Origin: Candidatus Kaelpia imicola | Lineage (GTDB): Bacteria > Omnitrophota > Gorgyraeia > Kaelpiales > Kaelpiaceae | Assembly: GCA_030765505.1 (NCBI GenBank) | Contig: JAVCCL010000018.1 | Location: 1,064 to 65,063 of the forward strand | Length of the DNA: 64,000 nt | Direction of reading: 5' to 3' | Shown here: in pieces, positions 1 to 10,448 of the stretch | How positions within the stretch are numbered: the stretch's first letter is position 1 | Layout of the letters: each line of letters opens with the position of its first letter | Notes under the pieces: generated by a model | What the model was told of the DNA's origin: nothing | The model's database searches: none | Seen by the model: only the letters and a program-made list of their open reading frames with translations | Made by a program: the position numbers and the translations under genes

Positions 1-2
1 CA

Positions 3-185
3 ATTGATAAAGCAGAGATTATCGGGCAGCTTTGTCAGATATTTGGGCTTGATGAAAATGTGTTTTTACCAATCTATAAGGATTCTGCAAATGATGAAAA
101 GATAGCCAAGCAGGATGTAGTTGTTTTTTTGGAAAAGTATTTAAGCCAGATTGAAAAATTAACAGGCATAGTAGATAAGTTGTAA
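3..185 (+). CDS. 3' end of an upstream gene (partial, product unknown)
   Basis: Open frame runs from the window edge to a TAA at 183-185, translating to ...IDKAEIIGQLCQIFGLDENVFLPIYKDSANDEKIAKQDVVVFLEKYLSQIEKLTGIVDKL. No recognisable motif. Confidence 0.35.
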   Translation: MDKAEIIGQLCQIFGLDENVFLPIYKDSANDEKIAKQDVVVFLEKYLSQIEKLTGIVDKL

Positions 186-193
186 TAGAAGAT

Positions 194-976
194 ATGGGTA
201 AAATTTCTAAATACGTTTTGGTTCCTATTTTTTTCTACATGTTGTTTTCTTTTATGAGCTTTGCGGGAGATGCGGTGTCTATTCCATCCCGTGGACAGGA
301 TTATGTAAATGATTTTGCGGGACTACTAAATTATTCTGATAAAGTTACTATAGCCAGGTTTGCTGCTGAGTTGGAGAAAAAAACTACAGCACAGATAGCT
401 GTTGTAACTATTAAAACAGCCAAACCAGAAACCATACAAGGTTTTTCTGTAAGACTTTTTGACCAATGGAAAATTGGACAAAAAGGGGAGGATAACGGGA
501 TATTGCTTTTGATGGCGGTTGATGACCGTAAAGCGTGGATTACAACAGGTTATGGCCTCGAGGGAGCAATTCCGGATCTAATTGCCAATAAAATTGTTCG
601 GGATGTAATGATTCCTTATTTTAAGCGCGGGCAATATTCCGAAGGTATTACAAAGGGTGCGGTTGCTATTATTAGTCTTGTTGCCAAAGAATATGATGCT
701 GAAATAACCGGGCAGGAAACACAGGTCTATCAGACGGTACATCGTAAGAAAAGTGGTTTAGAAGTTATCTTCACAATATTGCTTCTTCTTTTCGTTATAA
801 GCATGCGCTCTGGGCTTCTGGGGTATTTTCTGATAGGTTCAATGATAGGGGGACGTAGACGAGGCGGTTATTGGCATGGGGCTGGATTGGGCGGTTCTGG
901 TGGAGGGTTTAGCGGAGGTTTTGGAGGTTTTGGAGGCGGTATGACCGGAGGAGGAGGCGGAGGCGGCGGCTGGTAA
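194..976 (+). CDS. TPM-domain protein (YgcG/TLP18.3-like phosphatase fold) with a TM helix and a Gly-rich C-terminal tail
   Basis: N-terminal signal/TM segment. The TPM-like core is GQDYVNDFAGLL...IAVVTI...GILLLMAVDDRKAWITTGYGLEG. The C-terminal poly-Gly tail is typical of the YgcG family. It is adjacent to a LemA gene, a common pairing. Confidence 0.8.
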   Translation: MGKISKYVLVPIFFYMLFSFMSFAGDAVSIPSRGQDYVNDFAGLLNYSDKVTIARFAAELEKKTTAQIAVVTIKTAKPETIQGFSVRLFDQWKIGQKGEDNGILLLMAVDDRKAWITTGYGLEGAIPDLIANKIVRDVMIPYFKRGQYSEGITKGAVAIISLVAKEYDAEITGQETQVYQTVHRKKSGLEVIFTILLLLFVISMRSGLLGYFLIGSMIGGRRRGGYWHGAGLGGSGGGFSGGFGGFGGGMTGGGGGGGGW

Positions 977-1004
977 CCAATAAATAATTTAAAGGAGTGA
1001 TGAA

Positions 1005-1574
1005 ATGAAAAAGATTTGGATTGTCTTAGGCGTTCTCGCAGTTTTAGCTGTTATGCTTTTTAGCTGGTATAGGAATGGTTATAATCAGGCTATTGCCAAA
1101 GATGAAGAGGTAAAATCAGCTTGGGCACAAATTGAAAACCAGCTGCAAAGAAGAAATGATTTAATCCCCAATCTTATAAATACTGTTAAAGGTTTTGCTT
1201 CCCAGGAAAAAGAAATCTTTACAGAAGTGACCCGCTTAAGAAGTCAATGGGGTAAGTCTGCTTCTATTGAAAGCAAAATAGAAAATGCTAATGCAATGGG
1301 CGGAGCGCTGTCACGCCTTCTATTAGTTGCCGAGAACTATCCTCAATTAAAATCAAACGAGAACTTTTTGGCGCTGCAGGCGCAGTTAGAAGGTACGGAG
1401 AATAGAATTGCTGTTGAGCGCATGCGTTACAATCGTGCGGTCAAAGATTTCAATCGGTTTCAACGTTTATTCTTTGGCCGGTTTTTTTCCGCGCAAGCCG
1501 GCGTTACTGAGCCAGCAGTATACTTTGAAGCTGAGGAATCTGCTTCTGAAGTTCCTGTGGTCAAGTTCGATTAA
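1005..1574 (+). CDS. lemA: LemA family protein
   Basis: N-terminal TM helix, then NQAIAKDEEVKSAWAQIENQLQRRNDLIPNLINTVKGFASQEKEIFTEVTRLR, characteristic of LemA. AGGAG lies upstream of the ATG. Confidence 0.85.
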   Translation: MKKIWIVLGVLAVLAVMLFSWYRNGYNQAIAKDEEVKSAWAQIENQLQRRNDLIPNLINTVKGFASQEKEIFTEVTRLRSQWGKSASIESKIENANAMGGALSRLLLVAENYPQLKSNENFLALQAQLEGTENRIAVERMRYNRAVKDFNRFQRLFFGRFFSAQAGVTEPAVYFEAEESASEVPVVKFD

Positions 1575-1648
1575 ACTGCACTGTATTTGATGAGCTGGTA
1601 TGTTTTGTTAATCGCCTCAACACCATTGACGGAGAAAGGGATAAATAT

Positions 1649-2281
1649 ATGGGATTGCTATCGCTTTTATTTAGAGATCCAATAGCGTTTTTTTTGTTAG
1701 TTCCGCTGCTTCTTTATTCGGTTATTGCTCATGAGGTGGCGCACGGTTGGATTGCTTCGCTGTTTGGCGATAATACGGCAAAGTATTCCGGTAGATTATC
1801 GTTCAACCCAAAGTCTCATATTGATCCAATGGGGATGCTTGCGCTTTTTATTGTAGGGTTTGGCTGGGCAAAGCCGGTGCCTGTTGACTATAGAAACCTG
1901 AATAGTTCCCGCCGGGCTATTATTGCTGTCTCTTTGGCAGGGTGCGTGACGAACATACTTATTGCAACTGTTGCGATATTTTTGCTTCAGTTTCAAATCT
2001 TTCAAGCAAATCATTTCTTTGCGCCGGCGCTTTTAATTACCGCAAGAATAAACATTATATTGGGAGCGTTCAACTTGATTCCTATTCCTCCTTTGGATGG
2101 GTCCCGGGTGCTTATGGAATTTCTTCCCCTTAACGTCAGGTATAAACTTGCCAGGCTTGAACCCTACGGGTTTTTCATAATTATTATTTTGCTTTGGACG
2201 GGAATGTTAAGCCCTGTAATTACATTTATTCAAAGCATTATTCTTGGATTAATCGGGATGCTATTGAGTTTTATCAGATAA
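1649..2281 (+). CDS. Site-2 protease family zinc metallopeptidase (peptidase M50)
   Basis: HExxH motif (AHEVAHGW) within a polytopic membrane protein, plus the LDG motif (IPPLDGSRV) typical of M50/S2P. Confidence 0.75.
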   Translation: MGLLSLLFRDPIAFFLLVPLLLYSVIAHEVAHGWIASLFGDNTAKYSGRLSFNPKSHIDPMGMLALFIVGFGWAKPVPVDYRNLNSSRRAIIAVSLAGCVTNILIATVAIFLLQFQIFQANHFFAPALLITARINIILGAFNLIPIPPLDGSRVLMEFLPLNVRYKLARLEPYGFFIIIILLWTGMLSPVITFIQSIILGLIGMLLSFIR

Positions 2282-2301
2282 TCAAAAATTGGAAAAGAGT
2301 G

Positions 2302-3273
2302 ATGAAGCTTTTTAATAAGGAAAAAACAAAAATTGGTTTAGCATTAGGCAGTGGCGCAGCAAGAGGCTTAGCACATATAGGAGTGTTAAAGGCGCTGATA
2401 GAATAAAATGTATCTATAGATATGATAGCAGGCTCAAGCATAGGAGCGCTTGTCGGAGCCTGTTATGCAGGGAAGGGAGAGATAGCAAGCCTTGAGGAGA
2501 TAATACTAAAGACTGATTGGAAGAAATTAGTTCGATTGGCAGATCCTAATTTAGCATTTATGCTTAAAGGATTTATCCATGGCGAAAAGGTTAAAGAGCT
2601 TCTACTGACCATTATTGGAGATATAGATTTTAAAGATTTAAAAATTCCATTAGCAGTAGTTACTACGGATGTTAATACAGGAGAGGAGGTAGTAATAAAA
2701 AAAGGTTCTGTAATTGAGGCGGTAAGAGCAAGTATTTCCATGCCTGTTGTGTTTATGCCTGTAAAATTTAAAGATAGATTTTTGATAGATGGAGGAGTGG
2801 TAAATCCTATTCCGGTGAATGTGGCTAAGAATATGGGTGCAGAGATTGTCATTGCTTGTAATGTAATCCGTAAGCTTCAAAGAAGCAAAACGCTTGATTC
2901 TGTAAAAAAGCGAAAACTATCTACATCAATTTTCAAACCAGAAACTAAAAATGAGACTTTAGTGATATTTCACGATAAAATCAATAGATTTATTCAGGAG
3001 AATAAAAAATCGGTAGATGTTTTTAAATCTAAAATTCATAAGAGGGTGCAAAAAATAGACCTGAATACTCCCAATGTATTTAAGGTTATAATTCAGGCGA
3101 TTTATGCTATGGAATATGAAATAGCAAAGGCAAAAATAAAAGAAGCGGATATAATAATAACTCCTGACGTACAACAGATTGCCGTATTGGATTTCTATCG
3201 AGGAAGAGAAGCAATAGCAAAAGGATATAAAGCGGCAAGGGATGCTATCTCTGGAAACCGTCTCAAAGTATAG
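2302..3273 (+). pseudogene. Patatin-like phospholipase interrupted by an in-frame TAA at 2404-2406
   Basis: The oxyanion-hole motif GSGAARGLAHIGVLKAL (track ORF 2194-2406) and the GxSxG nucleophile motif IAGSSIGALVGA (track ORF 2422-3273) are in the same reading frame. They are separated only by TAA: ...ALIE*NVSIDMIAG. The Asp-Gly dyad region (FLIDGGVVNPIPV) is present downstream. Confidence 0.7.
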
Positions 3274-3485
3274 TTATAGTCCATCTATGTTGTTTATTGA
3301 GAATAAAACATACTGGATATAGAAATCTTTAATTCTACGCAGGATTTTTAAATTGATGGTTTTTATTCCAAGGAGTATCATTTACCTTTAGACAGTAAAG
3401 TTTTGTAAGGAGAGAAAGAGAGTTCTCATAATTGGGAGTTTTAAGGCAAAGAGGCAAAAGACGGCATTAAGCAAGGAGGTTTTTA

Positions 3486-5627
3486 ATGTCTAAATTGATA
3501 TTTAAAAATTACGGCGGCAGCTACCAGCTTAGAATTCAAAATGCTCAGGATTTGGAGAAGATTCAGGTTCTTGATGATGCGCATTGGGCAGCTACCAGCA
3601 TTCCAATTGACAGTCTCAATTGCGATTGTGCATTTGCCTCTTATGTAGATACAGATAAAAATGGCCGCATAAGGACTAACGAGCTTAGGGCGGCTTTAGT
3701 ATGGTTATTTCGATTTCTTGCCAATCGCAGTCATCTCTCCGAAGGCACTGAGATACTAAACTTAGAGGATATTGATATTAGTCACCTCCAAGGTCAAAAA
3801 TTAAAAGCTTCAGCAGAGTTAATTTTAACCAATCTTAACTCTCTAAACACACAGGAGATTAGCTTAGCTCAGGTACGGGATGTACAAAGCATTATGGCTA
3901 ACATGGCGAATAATGGTGATGGTATTATTCCTCCTGAAGTCACAACTGACTTTGATCTGTCTCAATTCATCACCTCGGTCATGGAGACTGCAGGTTCTAC
4001 TTTAGATATCTGCGGTAAGCCGGGGATTAACCAAGAGCAGCTTGAGATATTCTTCCAGGAGGCTGAAAGTTATCTTGCATGGCAAAAAAGGGGAGAGATT
4101 CCTAAAGGAGATAAAACTACAGAGATTATGTTTTGGGGAACCGAAACGCCGCAAGCTTATGAGTCGATGGTTAACTTAGAATGGAAGCTTGACCAATATT
4201 TTGCACAGTGTGCAATGGTCAAGTTCGATAAACGGGCGATAGTCCAGATGCAGCTTCGCCAGAAGGAGCTTGAGGAAATCGATTTTAGGGATAAGTCAAT
4301 AATGGAATCCCAGCTTAAAGACGCTCCTCTGGCTTTACCGAATCCAGAAGGTATTCTGGATTTAGAGGCGATGATCAATCCCGAATATGTTGAGTGCCTG
4401 TTTGAATTTAGGGAGAAGGTTCTAAAGCACGCCCTTGGAGAGCCGGTTAAGCAGTTTACTGAAAAACAGTGGAATAAGGTAAAAGATATTTTTATTCCAT
4501 ATAGAATATGGTTAAAAAGTAAGCAGGGTGTGAAAGTAGAAAAGCTGGGTCAAGAGAGACTGCGTACCTATCTTAAGGGACCGTACAGGCGAGAGGCGAG
4601 TGAGTTGATTGCAAAGGATCTGGCTGCGGCTGATGATTTAAACCAGCTACATAATTTGGAAAAACTGATTCTTTATCAGAGATGGTTAATGGAACTGGCG
4701 AACAATTTTGTCAGTTTTACAAATTTTTATTCTCCTCAACATCGTTCCCTCCTTGAAATGGGGAGATTAGTAATTGATGGCAGGGAGATGACTTTTACAA
4801 TGAAAGTTCAGGATAGACTCTCCCATAAAAAAATAGCAAAAAACAGCTTTATCTACCTGCTCTATTTGGAGATTACCGGCCGTCAGGAGAAAGATATTAA
4901 ATTTGAGATTGTGATTGCGGTAACTTCTGGGAGCACAGGCCGATTGCGTATCGGTAAACGCGGTATCTTTTTTACCATAGACGGTATAGAGTGGGATGCT
5001 GAGGTAGTAGATGTTGTGGAAAACCCTATCAGTCTCTGGGAATCAGTGAGAGCACCTTTTAAGCAAATTACTAATCTGGTGAAAAAACAGATAGATAAAT
5101 TCAGTAAATCCCGTCAAGATAAATTGGAAACAGCCATCTCTTCTCCTGGAGGGTCAGGTATAGTACGCGATCTCTTATTAGGCGGAGGTGTGGCTATTGC
5201 AGTTCTTGGTTCGGCATTTGCTTATATTACTAATGTACTTTCTCAGGTCAAACTGGTTCATATTTTGGGTATGTTAGCGGGGGTAGGGGGTATTATCTTA
5301 TTGCCGGGTATGATTATAGGTTTCACCAAGATATGCAAACGGGATATGAGTGTTCTTTTGGAAGCATCGGGTTGGGCGGTAAATGTACAGATGCGGTTAA
5401 ATACTACCTTAGGGCGGCTTTTCACCCATACGCCATGTTTGCCGAAAGGTACATCTAGAGAACGAAGAGATGTAGCGGTACAGTTTGTAAAAAAGCTTGG
5501 TTATACTTCCTTCTACCCAAAAAAGTTGTTTATGATAGTTTTAATTATTACTTTTATTATCCTTTGCTTGATATTGTTTCTGGGTACATATTCTGAACCA
5601 AAGTCATTATTTAACATTTTTAAGTAG
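3486..5627 (+). CDS. Large hypothetical membrane protein with a canonical EF-hand Ca-binding loop and three C-terminal TM helices
   Basis: 713-aa ORF with GGAGG upstream. The loop DTDKNGRIRTNE fits the D-x-[DN]-x-[DN]-G-x-[ILV]-x-x-x-E EF-hand pattern. Hydrophobic stretches occur near aa 540-600 and 685-705. No other family was recognised. Confidence 0.6.
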   Translation: MSKLIFKNYGGSYQLRIQNAQDLEKIQVLDDAHWAATSIPIDSLNCDCAFASYVDTDKNGRIRTNELRAALVWLFRFLANRSHLSEGTEILNLEDIDISHLQGQKLKASAELILTNLNSLNTQEISLAQVRDVQSIMANMANNGDGIIPPEVTTDFDLSQFITSVMETAGSTLDICGKPGINQEQLEIFFQEAESYLAWQKRGEIPKGDKTTEIMFWGTETPQAYESMVNLEWKLDQYFAQCAMVKFDKRAIVQMQLRQKELEEIDFRDKSIMESQLKDAPLALPNPEGILDLEAMINPEYVECLFEFREKVLKHALGEPVKQFTEKQWNKVKDIFIPYRIWLKSKQGVKVEKLGQERLRTYLKGPYRREASELIAKDLAAADDLNQLHNLEKLILYQRWLMELANNFVSFTNFYSPQHRSLLEMGRLVIDGREMTFTMKVQDRLSHKKIAKNSFIYLLYLEITGRQEKDIKFEIVIAVTSGSTGRLRIGKRGIFFTIDGIEWDAEVVDVVENPISLWESVRAPFKQITNLVKKQIDKFSKSRQDKLETAISSPGGSGIVRDLLLGGGVAIAVLGSAFAYITNVLSQVKLVHILGMLAGVGGIILLPGMIIGFTKICKRDMSVLLEASGWAVNVQMRLNTTLGRLFTHTPCLPKGTSRERRDVAVQFVKKLGYTSFYPKKLFMIVLIITFIILCLILFLGTYSEPKSLFNIFK

Positions 5628-5834
5628 TGGATTTGTCCCAATAGAAGAGGGTAAGATATACCGCTTCAGTAAAGGTGGGGTTCAATATTTCGTTTGAAAA
5701 TTTTTTAAAATAATATTTGTTGCTTTTATCATCCCTCCCCTTTTTTTCTTAAAATATTAGAATATCTTTTGTATGATTTTAGATTATCGAAAACCATCAG
5801 TTGGTTTTAAATATCTATCTAATGCAGATGTTCT

Positions 5835-8186
5835 GTGTTATTTATGTTACAATATTTAGAAATGAGAAACCTTTATTCGGACTATACCCAGAATATTCTT
5901 TGGTTAATAGAAGAGAGTAAATGGGCAAGAAAGCTGCAAAGTATACGGGAAGCCCAGTTTACTCTGGGGAACGGTTATTTGGGTATCAGGGGGATTTATG
6001 AAGAGATTCCTTATGATTGCCATCCCGGTACTTATATTGCCGGAATTTACGATAAGATGGCTGCCCAGGTTTCGAAAATAGTTAATTTACCCAATCCTAT
6101 TAGTTTTAAACTTACCGTGAAGGGGGAGAAACTCGATGTTATTGCCATGGATGTTCTTAGGCACAAAAGAACTCTTAATATGAAAAAGGGGGTATTACTC
6201 AGACATACTATATATAAAAATAGTAAAGGTAAGAATTTTGACTATCAATCGTTACGTTTTGTTTCCCAGCTGGATAAAAATATCGGTGTTATACAGGTTG
6301 CATTCACCCCTCTTAATGCAGGGTGTGAGGTTGATATCAGTACGAGTATCGATACCGCTGTTACTAATGTAGGTGCGGTAGCTGAGGGGAGACGGAAGCA
6401 TTTCCGGGTTAAAGAACTGGGTCAGCATCGAGGGACTGAGTATCTTGTCGCAGAGGCTTTGGAGAAAAAATATTCGATAGTCTATTGGTCTGGATTGTAC
6501 TATCAAGTTAATGGTAGAAAAATAATTGCCAGAGATAATATATTTCGTTTGAAGGTTAAAAAAAATCAGACTGTTGTATTTACCAAAATTTTTTGCATTA
6601 AACATTTTAATCACAACAATGATTATACTGCCCAGAAGAATGATGCCTTTGAAATTTTTTATACCGCTTTTCGGACTGGATTCAATATCTTGTTGAAAAA
6701 CCATATAACTGCCTGGGAACGGTTATGGAGGAGAGCGGATATTGTTATTGAAGGAAGAGCAAATATTCAGCAAAAACTGCGCTTCAATATTTATCATATG
6801 CTTATCTGCGCTCATTGCAACCAGGGGTTTTCGAGTATTGGAGCGCGGACCTTAAGCGGAGAGGGTTACCGCGGACATATCTTTTGGGATGCGGAAATCT
6901 TTCTTCTCCCTTTCTATCTATTCACTTTTCCTCAAGTAGCGAAAAATATGCTGCTCTACCGCTATCAAAGGCTTGATCAGGCGCGGGCAATTGCCAAAAG
7001 AGGAGGTTTTCAAGGAGCTCAATTTCCCTGGGAATCGGCAGGAACAGGGGAAGAAGAGACTCCCGAATGGGCTAGAGATATCGACAGAACAATTATCAAG
7101 ATTCATACCCATGAAATGGAACATCACATCAACGCCGATATATCCTATGCTGTTTACAGATATTATATTGCAACAGGAGATGTAAAATTTATCGAGAAAT
7201 ATGGCTGTGAAATGCTTGTAGAGACGGCGCGGTTTTGGGCCTCGCGTGTTCAGTGGAATGAGAAAAAACAGAGATATGAAATCAGGCATGTTATCGGTCC
7301 CGATGAGTTTCATATCGACGTTAATAATAATGCTTTTACCAATATGATGGCAAAGTGGAATTTGCTCAGTGCCTATAAAACGTGCAATATGCTTAAGAAA
7401 GATTCTGATTTCTATACCTTATTGAAAGCCAAACTGAATCTTAAAGAGCAGGAAGTAAAGTCATGGAAGAAAATTGCTTCTAAAATATGTGTCCTCAGCA
7501 ACAAAAAAAATGTCATTGAGCAGTTTGGTGGTTTTTTCAAATTAAAAAAGATTATTTTATCCAGGTTTGACGAAAATGGAATTCCTCTGATACCTGCTAA
7601 ATTAAAAGCGAAAGATTTTGGGAAGACTCAGATAATAAAACAGGCTGACGTATTGATGCTTATTACGCTTTTGAACGATATTTTCAGCAAAAAAACAAAA
7701 TTAGCGAATTATAAATTTTATCTTCCCAGGACAGTGCATCGTTCCTCCTTAAGTGTTGCGACACATGTTATAAACGCCTGTGAAGTCAGGGATCTACATA
7801 GGGCCAATGAGCTGTTCAATGTTGCTTTAAATACGGATATAAGCAATCTTTACGGTAATACTTCCGAGGGAATTCATGCTGCTTCTCTGGGAGGAAGCTG
7901 GCAGGCGATAGTGTTTGGTTTTGCCGGAGTTAAGATTAAAAGAGAGAAATTATTTATCAATCCTTACCTGCCGCGTTCATGGCAGAAGTTAAATTTTCAT
8001 CTGGCCTGGAGAGGAAGTTTGATTAATTTAGAAATGACTAATGAGATAATCAAAATAAAAGTTTCTTCTTCCCGGCTCAAAGATATAGAGATAGGTATTT
8101 TTGATAAATTAGGTTCCTTTAGAACTAATAGAGTCTATACTTTCAAACGTTCTATTGAGGGTTATAAAAAAGAGGATTATTACTGA
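5835..8186 (+). CDS. Glycoside hydrolase family 65 phosphorylase (kojibiose/trehalose/maltose phosphorylase-like)
   Basis: FTLGNGYLGIRG near the N-terminus. The GEGYRGHIFWDAEIFLLPFY catalytic-region motif is typical of GH65 (alpha/alpha)6-barrel phosphorylases. The stop TGA overlaps the next ATG (ATGA). Confidence 0.88.
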   Translation: MLFMLQYLEMRNLYSDYTQNILWLIEESKWARKLQSIREAQFTLGNGYLGIRGIYEEIPYDCHPGTYIAGIYDKMAAQVSKIVNLPNPISFKLTVKGEKLDVIAMDVLRHKRTLNMKKGVLLRHTIYKNSKGKNFDYQSLRFVSQLDKNIGVIQVAFTPLNAGCEVDISTSIDTAVTNVGAVAEGRRKHFRVKELGQHRGTEYLVAEALEKKYSIVYWSGLYYQVNGRKIIARDNIFRLKVKKNQTVVFTKIFCIKHFNHNNDYTAQKNDAFEIFYTAFRTGFNILLKNHITAWERLWRRADIVIEGRANIQQKLRFNIYHMLICAHCNQGFSSIGARTLSGEGYRGHIFWDAEIFLLPFYLFTFPQVAKNMLLYRYQRLDQARAIAKRGGFQGAQFPWESAGTGEEETPEWARDIDRTIIKIHTHEMEHHINADISYAVYRYYIATGDVKFIEKYGCEMLVETARFWASRVQWNEKKQRYEIRHVIGPDEFHIDVNNNAFTNMMAKWNLLSAYKTCNMLKKDSDFYTLLKAKLNLKEQEVKSWKKIASKICVLSNKKNVIEQFGGFFKLKKIILSRFDENGIPLIPAKLKAKDFGKTQIIKQADVLMLITLLNDIFSKKTKLANYKFYLPRTVHRSSLSVATHVINACEVRDLHRANELFNVALNTDISNLYGNTSEGIHAASLGGSWQAIVFGFAGVKIKREKLFINPYLPRSWQKLNFHLAWRGSLINLEMTNEIIKIKVSSSRLKDIEIGIFDKLGSFRTNRVYTFKRSIEGYKKEDYY

Positions 8187-9370
8187 TGAAGAAATTGAAT
8201 ATTGCGCAGTTCCATTGGGGGTTTCCTCCTATTATTGGCGGGGTAGAGACTCATCTTACGATTATTTTACCTCAGATGGTAAAATTAGGTCATTGTGTGA
8301 GTCTACTTACGGGTTCGGTCGAAGGGGTTGAAGGAAGATATAAATATCAAGGTGTGGATATTTACCGCGATCCTCTTATGGATTTAAACTGGCTTTATAA
8401 GAGAGGTTTAAGCGGACTGGAGGAGGAAATCAATAAAGCTTTTACTGCTTTTTTCGACGAATCGCAGCCGGATATTATTCATGTGCATAATATGCATTAT
8501 TTCAGTTCGATTCATATAAAGTTAATAGAGCGTTCAAGTAAAGAGAGGGGTATTCCTCTTATTCTCACTGCGCATAACGTTTGGGATGAGCTTCTGTTTT
8601 TAGAGCTTTGCCATAAAATTGACTGGTCGCATATAATTGCAGTGAGCCATTTTATTAAAAAAGAGCTTATCGGAATAGGAGTGGATGATACTAAAATTAC
8701 AGTTGTGCATCATGGGATAGATCAAGATAAGTTCAAATCCGGTGTGGATACGACAAATATATTAGAGAAATATCCGCAATTGAAGGGTAAAAAAATTATA
8801 TTTCATCCGGCCAGAATCGGTCTAGCTAAGGGGTGTGATACCAGTATCAAGGCAGTCAATATTCTTAAAGATATGGTCTCGGATGTGATGTTGGTTTTGG
8901 CTGGTTCAAAGAATATTGTTGACTGGGGAGGAACTCAGCAGAAAGATATTGCTTACCTGGTGAATCTTATCAAGCATTTTAATATTGAAGAGAGTGTTTT
9001 GATAGATATGTATACCTTGGATGAAGTAAAAGAGCTGTATGAGATAAGCGATGTCTGCCTTTACCCTTCTACAGCTTCAGAGCCTTTTGGGTTGACTATG
9101 CTGGAAGCTATGGCAATGGCAAAGCCGATAGTTGTTACCGAAATGGGTGGTATGCCGGAAATTATTGATGATGGAATAAATGGATTTGTTGTTCCTGTGA
9201 GAGATTTTGAGGCTCTGGCTGCAAAAACGTATCAATTGCTGAAAAATGTAAAATTAAAAAAAAGATTTGGCTATACCGGAAGACAGATAGTCGAAGCTCG
9301 GTATACAAAAGAGAAGGTAACACAGGAGACGCTTTCAATCTATAAGAAAGCATTAAACACTGTAAACTAG
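8186..9370 (+). CDS. Glycosyltransferase family 4 (GT-B retaining)
   Basis: C-terminal E-x7-E region EPFGLTMLEAMAMAKPIVVTEMGGMPEIIDDGINGFVV and the FHPARIGLAKG motif. Start is translationally coupled to the GH65 gene. Confidence 0.82.
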   Translation: MKKLNIAQFHWGFPPIIGGVETHLTIILPQMVKLGHCVSLLTGSVEGVEGRYKYQGVDIYRDPLMDLNWLYKRGLSGLEEEINKAFTAFFDESQPDIIHVHNMHYFSSIHIKLIERSSKERGIPLILTAHNVWDELLFLELCHKIDWSHIIAVSHFIKKELIGIGVDDTKITVVHHGIDQDKFKSGVDTTNILEKYPQLKGKKIIFHPARIGLAKGCDTSIKAVNILKDMVSDVMLVLAGSKNIVDWGGTQQKDIAYLVNLIKHFNIEESVLIDMYTLDEVKELYEISDVCLYPSTASEPFGLTMLEAMAMAKPIVVTEMGGMPEIIDDGINGFVVPVRDFEALAAKTYQLLKNVKLKKRFGYTGRQIVEARYTKEKVTQETLSIYKKALNTVN

Positions 9371-9388
9371 AAACAGCTTTAGGATGGT

Positions 9389-10414
9389 ATGGTAAGAACA
9401 AAAATTATTGCTACCTTAGGTCCGGCAAGCAGTTCTGAGACAATATTAAGAAAAATGTTTACCAGCGGTCTTGATGTAGCACGTTTGAATTTTTCCCACG
9501 CTACGCACTCCGATCATTTAGAAAAGGTCAAACTTATTCGTGCCCTCAATAAAAAAATGAAGCGGGCGATAAAAATAATGCAGGATTTAGAGGGGTACCG
9601 CATACGAGTGGGGAAGTTGATTGAGCCGCTTCAGTTAAAGAGGAGAGAACAGTTTTATTTCACCCAGGAAGATATTATGGGTAATGAGAAAGAGGTACCA
9701 TTCGATTATCAAGGTTCATTAAAATTAATTAAGATAGGTACTTTAATTTATGTTGATGACGGTAAAATAACACTGGAAGTTAAATCTATTGAAAAAAGAC
9801 GTCTCAAGGTAAAAGTTCTTCTCTCAGGTATACTTAGGGAGCATAAAGGGGTAAACATTCCTGATGTAAAATTAGATTTTGAGTCACTGACTCAAAAAGA
9901 CAAGAGGGATCTGGAGATTGCAATAATACATAAGTTTGATTATCTTGCCCAGTCGTTTGTAAGGGGAGCTCACGACATAAAATTACTCAAAAGTATTGTT
10001 AAACCAAGGCATGCCCAATGTAAAATATTTGCCAAAGTGGAAAGCAGGGAGGCTCTTGCCAACATAGAAGAGATAATAGCTGAAGCTGACGGTATTATGG
10101 TTGCACGCGGCGATTTAGGAATTTGCATTCCTATCTATCAAGTTCCTGTAGTTCAGAAAAAGATTATAGAGATGTGCTGCCTAAAAGGAAAGCCGGTGAT
10201 TGTAGCTACGCAGATGCTTGAAAGCATGACCGAAGAGCGTCTTCCTACAAGAGCCGAGGTAAGCGATGTTGCAAATGCTATTTTAGATGGAGCGACGCAT
10301 CTGCTTCTTTCAGGCGAGACAGCCGTAGGTAAACACCCCCATAGGGTGATTAATATGATGAATAAAGTTATCAAATATACAGAGAGTTACAAAAATAGAT
10401 TGAAAGATTGTTAG
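9389..10414 (+). CDS. Pyruvate kinase A/B-domain protein lacking the C-terminal domain
   Basis: KIIATLGPAS, NFSHATHSDH and MVARGDLGICIPIYQVPVVQKKIIEMC...PVIVATQMLESM...PTRAEVSDVANAILDG...LLLSGETAVGKHP align along pyruvate kinase domains A and B. The ORF stops roughly 20 aa after the end of domain A, and the next gene starts 35 nt later. Confidence 0.75.
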   Translation: MVRTKIIATLGPASSSETILRKMFTSGLDVARLNFSHATHSDHLEKVKLIRALNKKMKRAIKIMQDLEGYRIRVGKLIEPLQLKRREQFYFTQEDIMGNEKEVPFDYQGSLKLIKIGTLIYVDDGKITLEVKSIEKRRLKVKVLLSGILREHKGVNIPDVKLDFESLTQKDKRDLEIAIIHKFDYLAQSFVRGAHDIKLLKSIVKPRHAQCKIFAKVESREALANIEEIIAEADGIMVARGDLGICIPIYQVPVVQKKIIEMCCLKGKPVIVATQMLESMTEERLPTRAEVSDVANAILDGATHLLLSGETAVGKHPHRVINMMNKVIKYTESYKNRLKDC

Positions 10415-10448
10415 TGAGAAAGGTTTTGGCAGAACTAAGGAATAAAAA

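Noticed and set aside
1408-3174. Several short track ORFs nested inside or antisense to LemA, the M50 protease and the patatin gene (1408-1590, 1796-2014, 1942-2133, 2463-2852, 2650-2880, 2959-3174)
   Set aside because: They overlap longer ORFs with clear family motifs, have odd compositions, and no plausible RBS.
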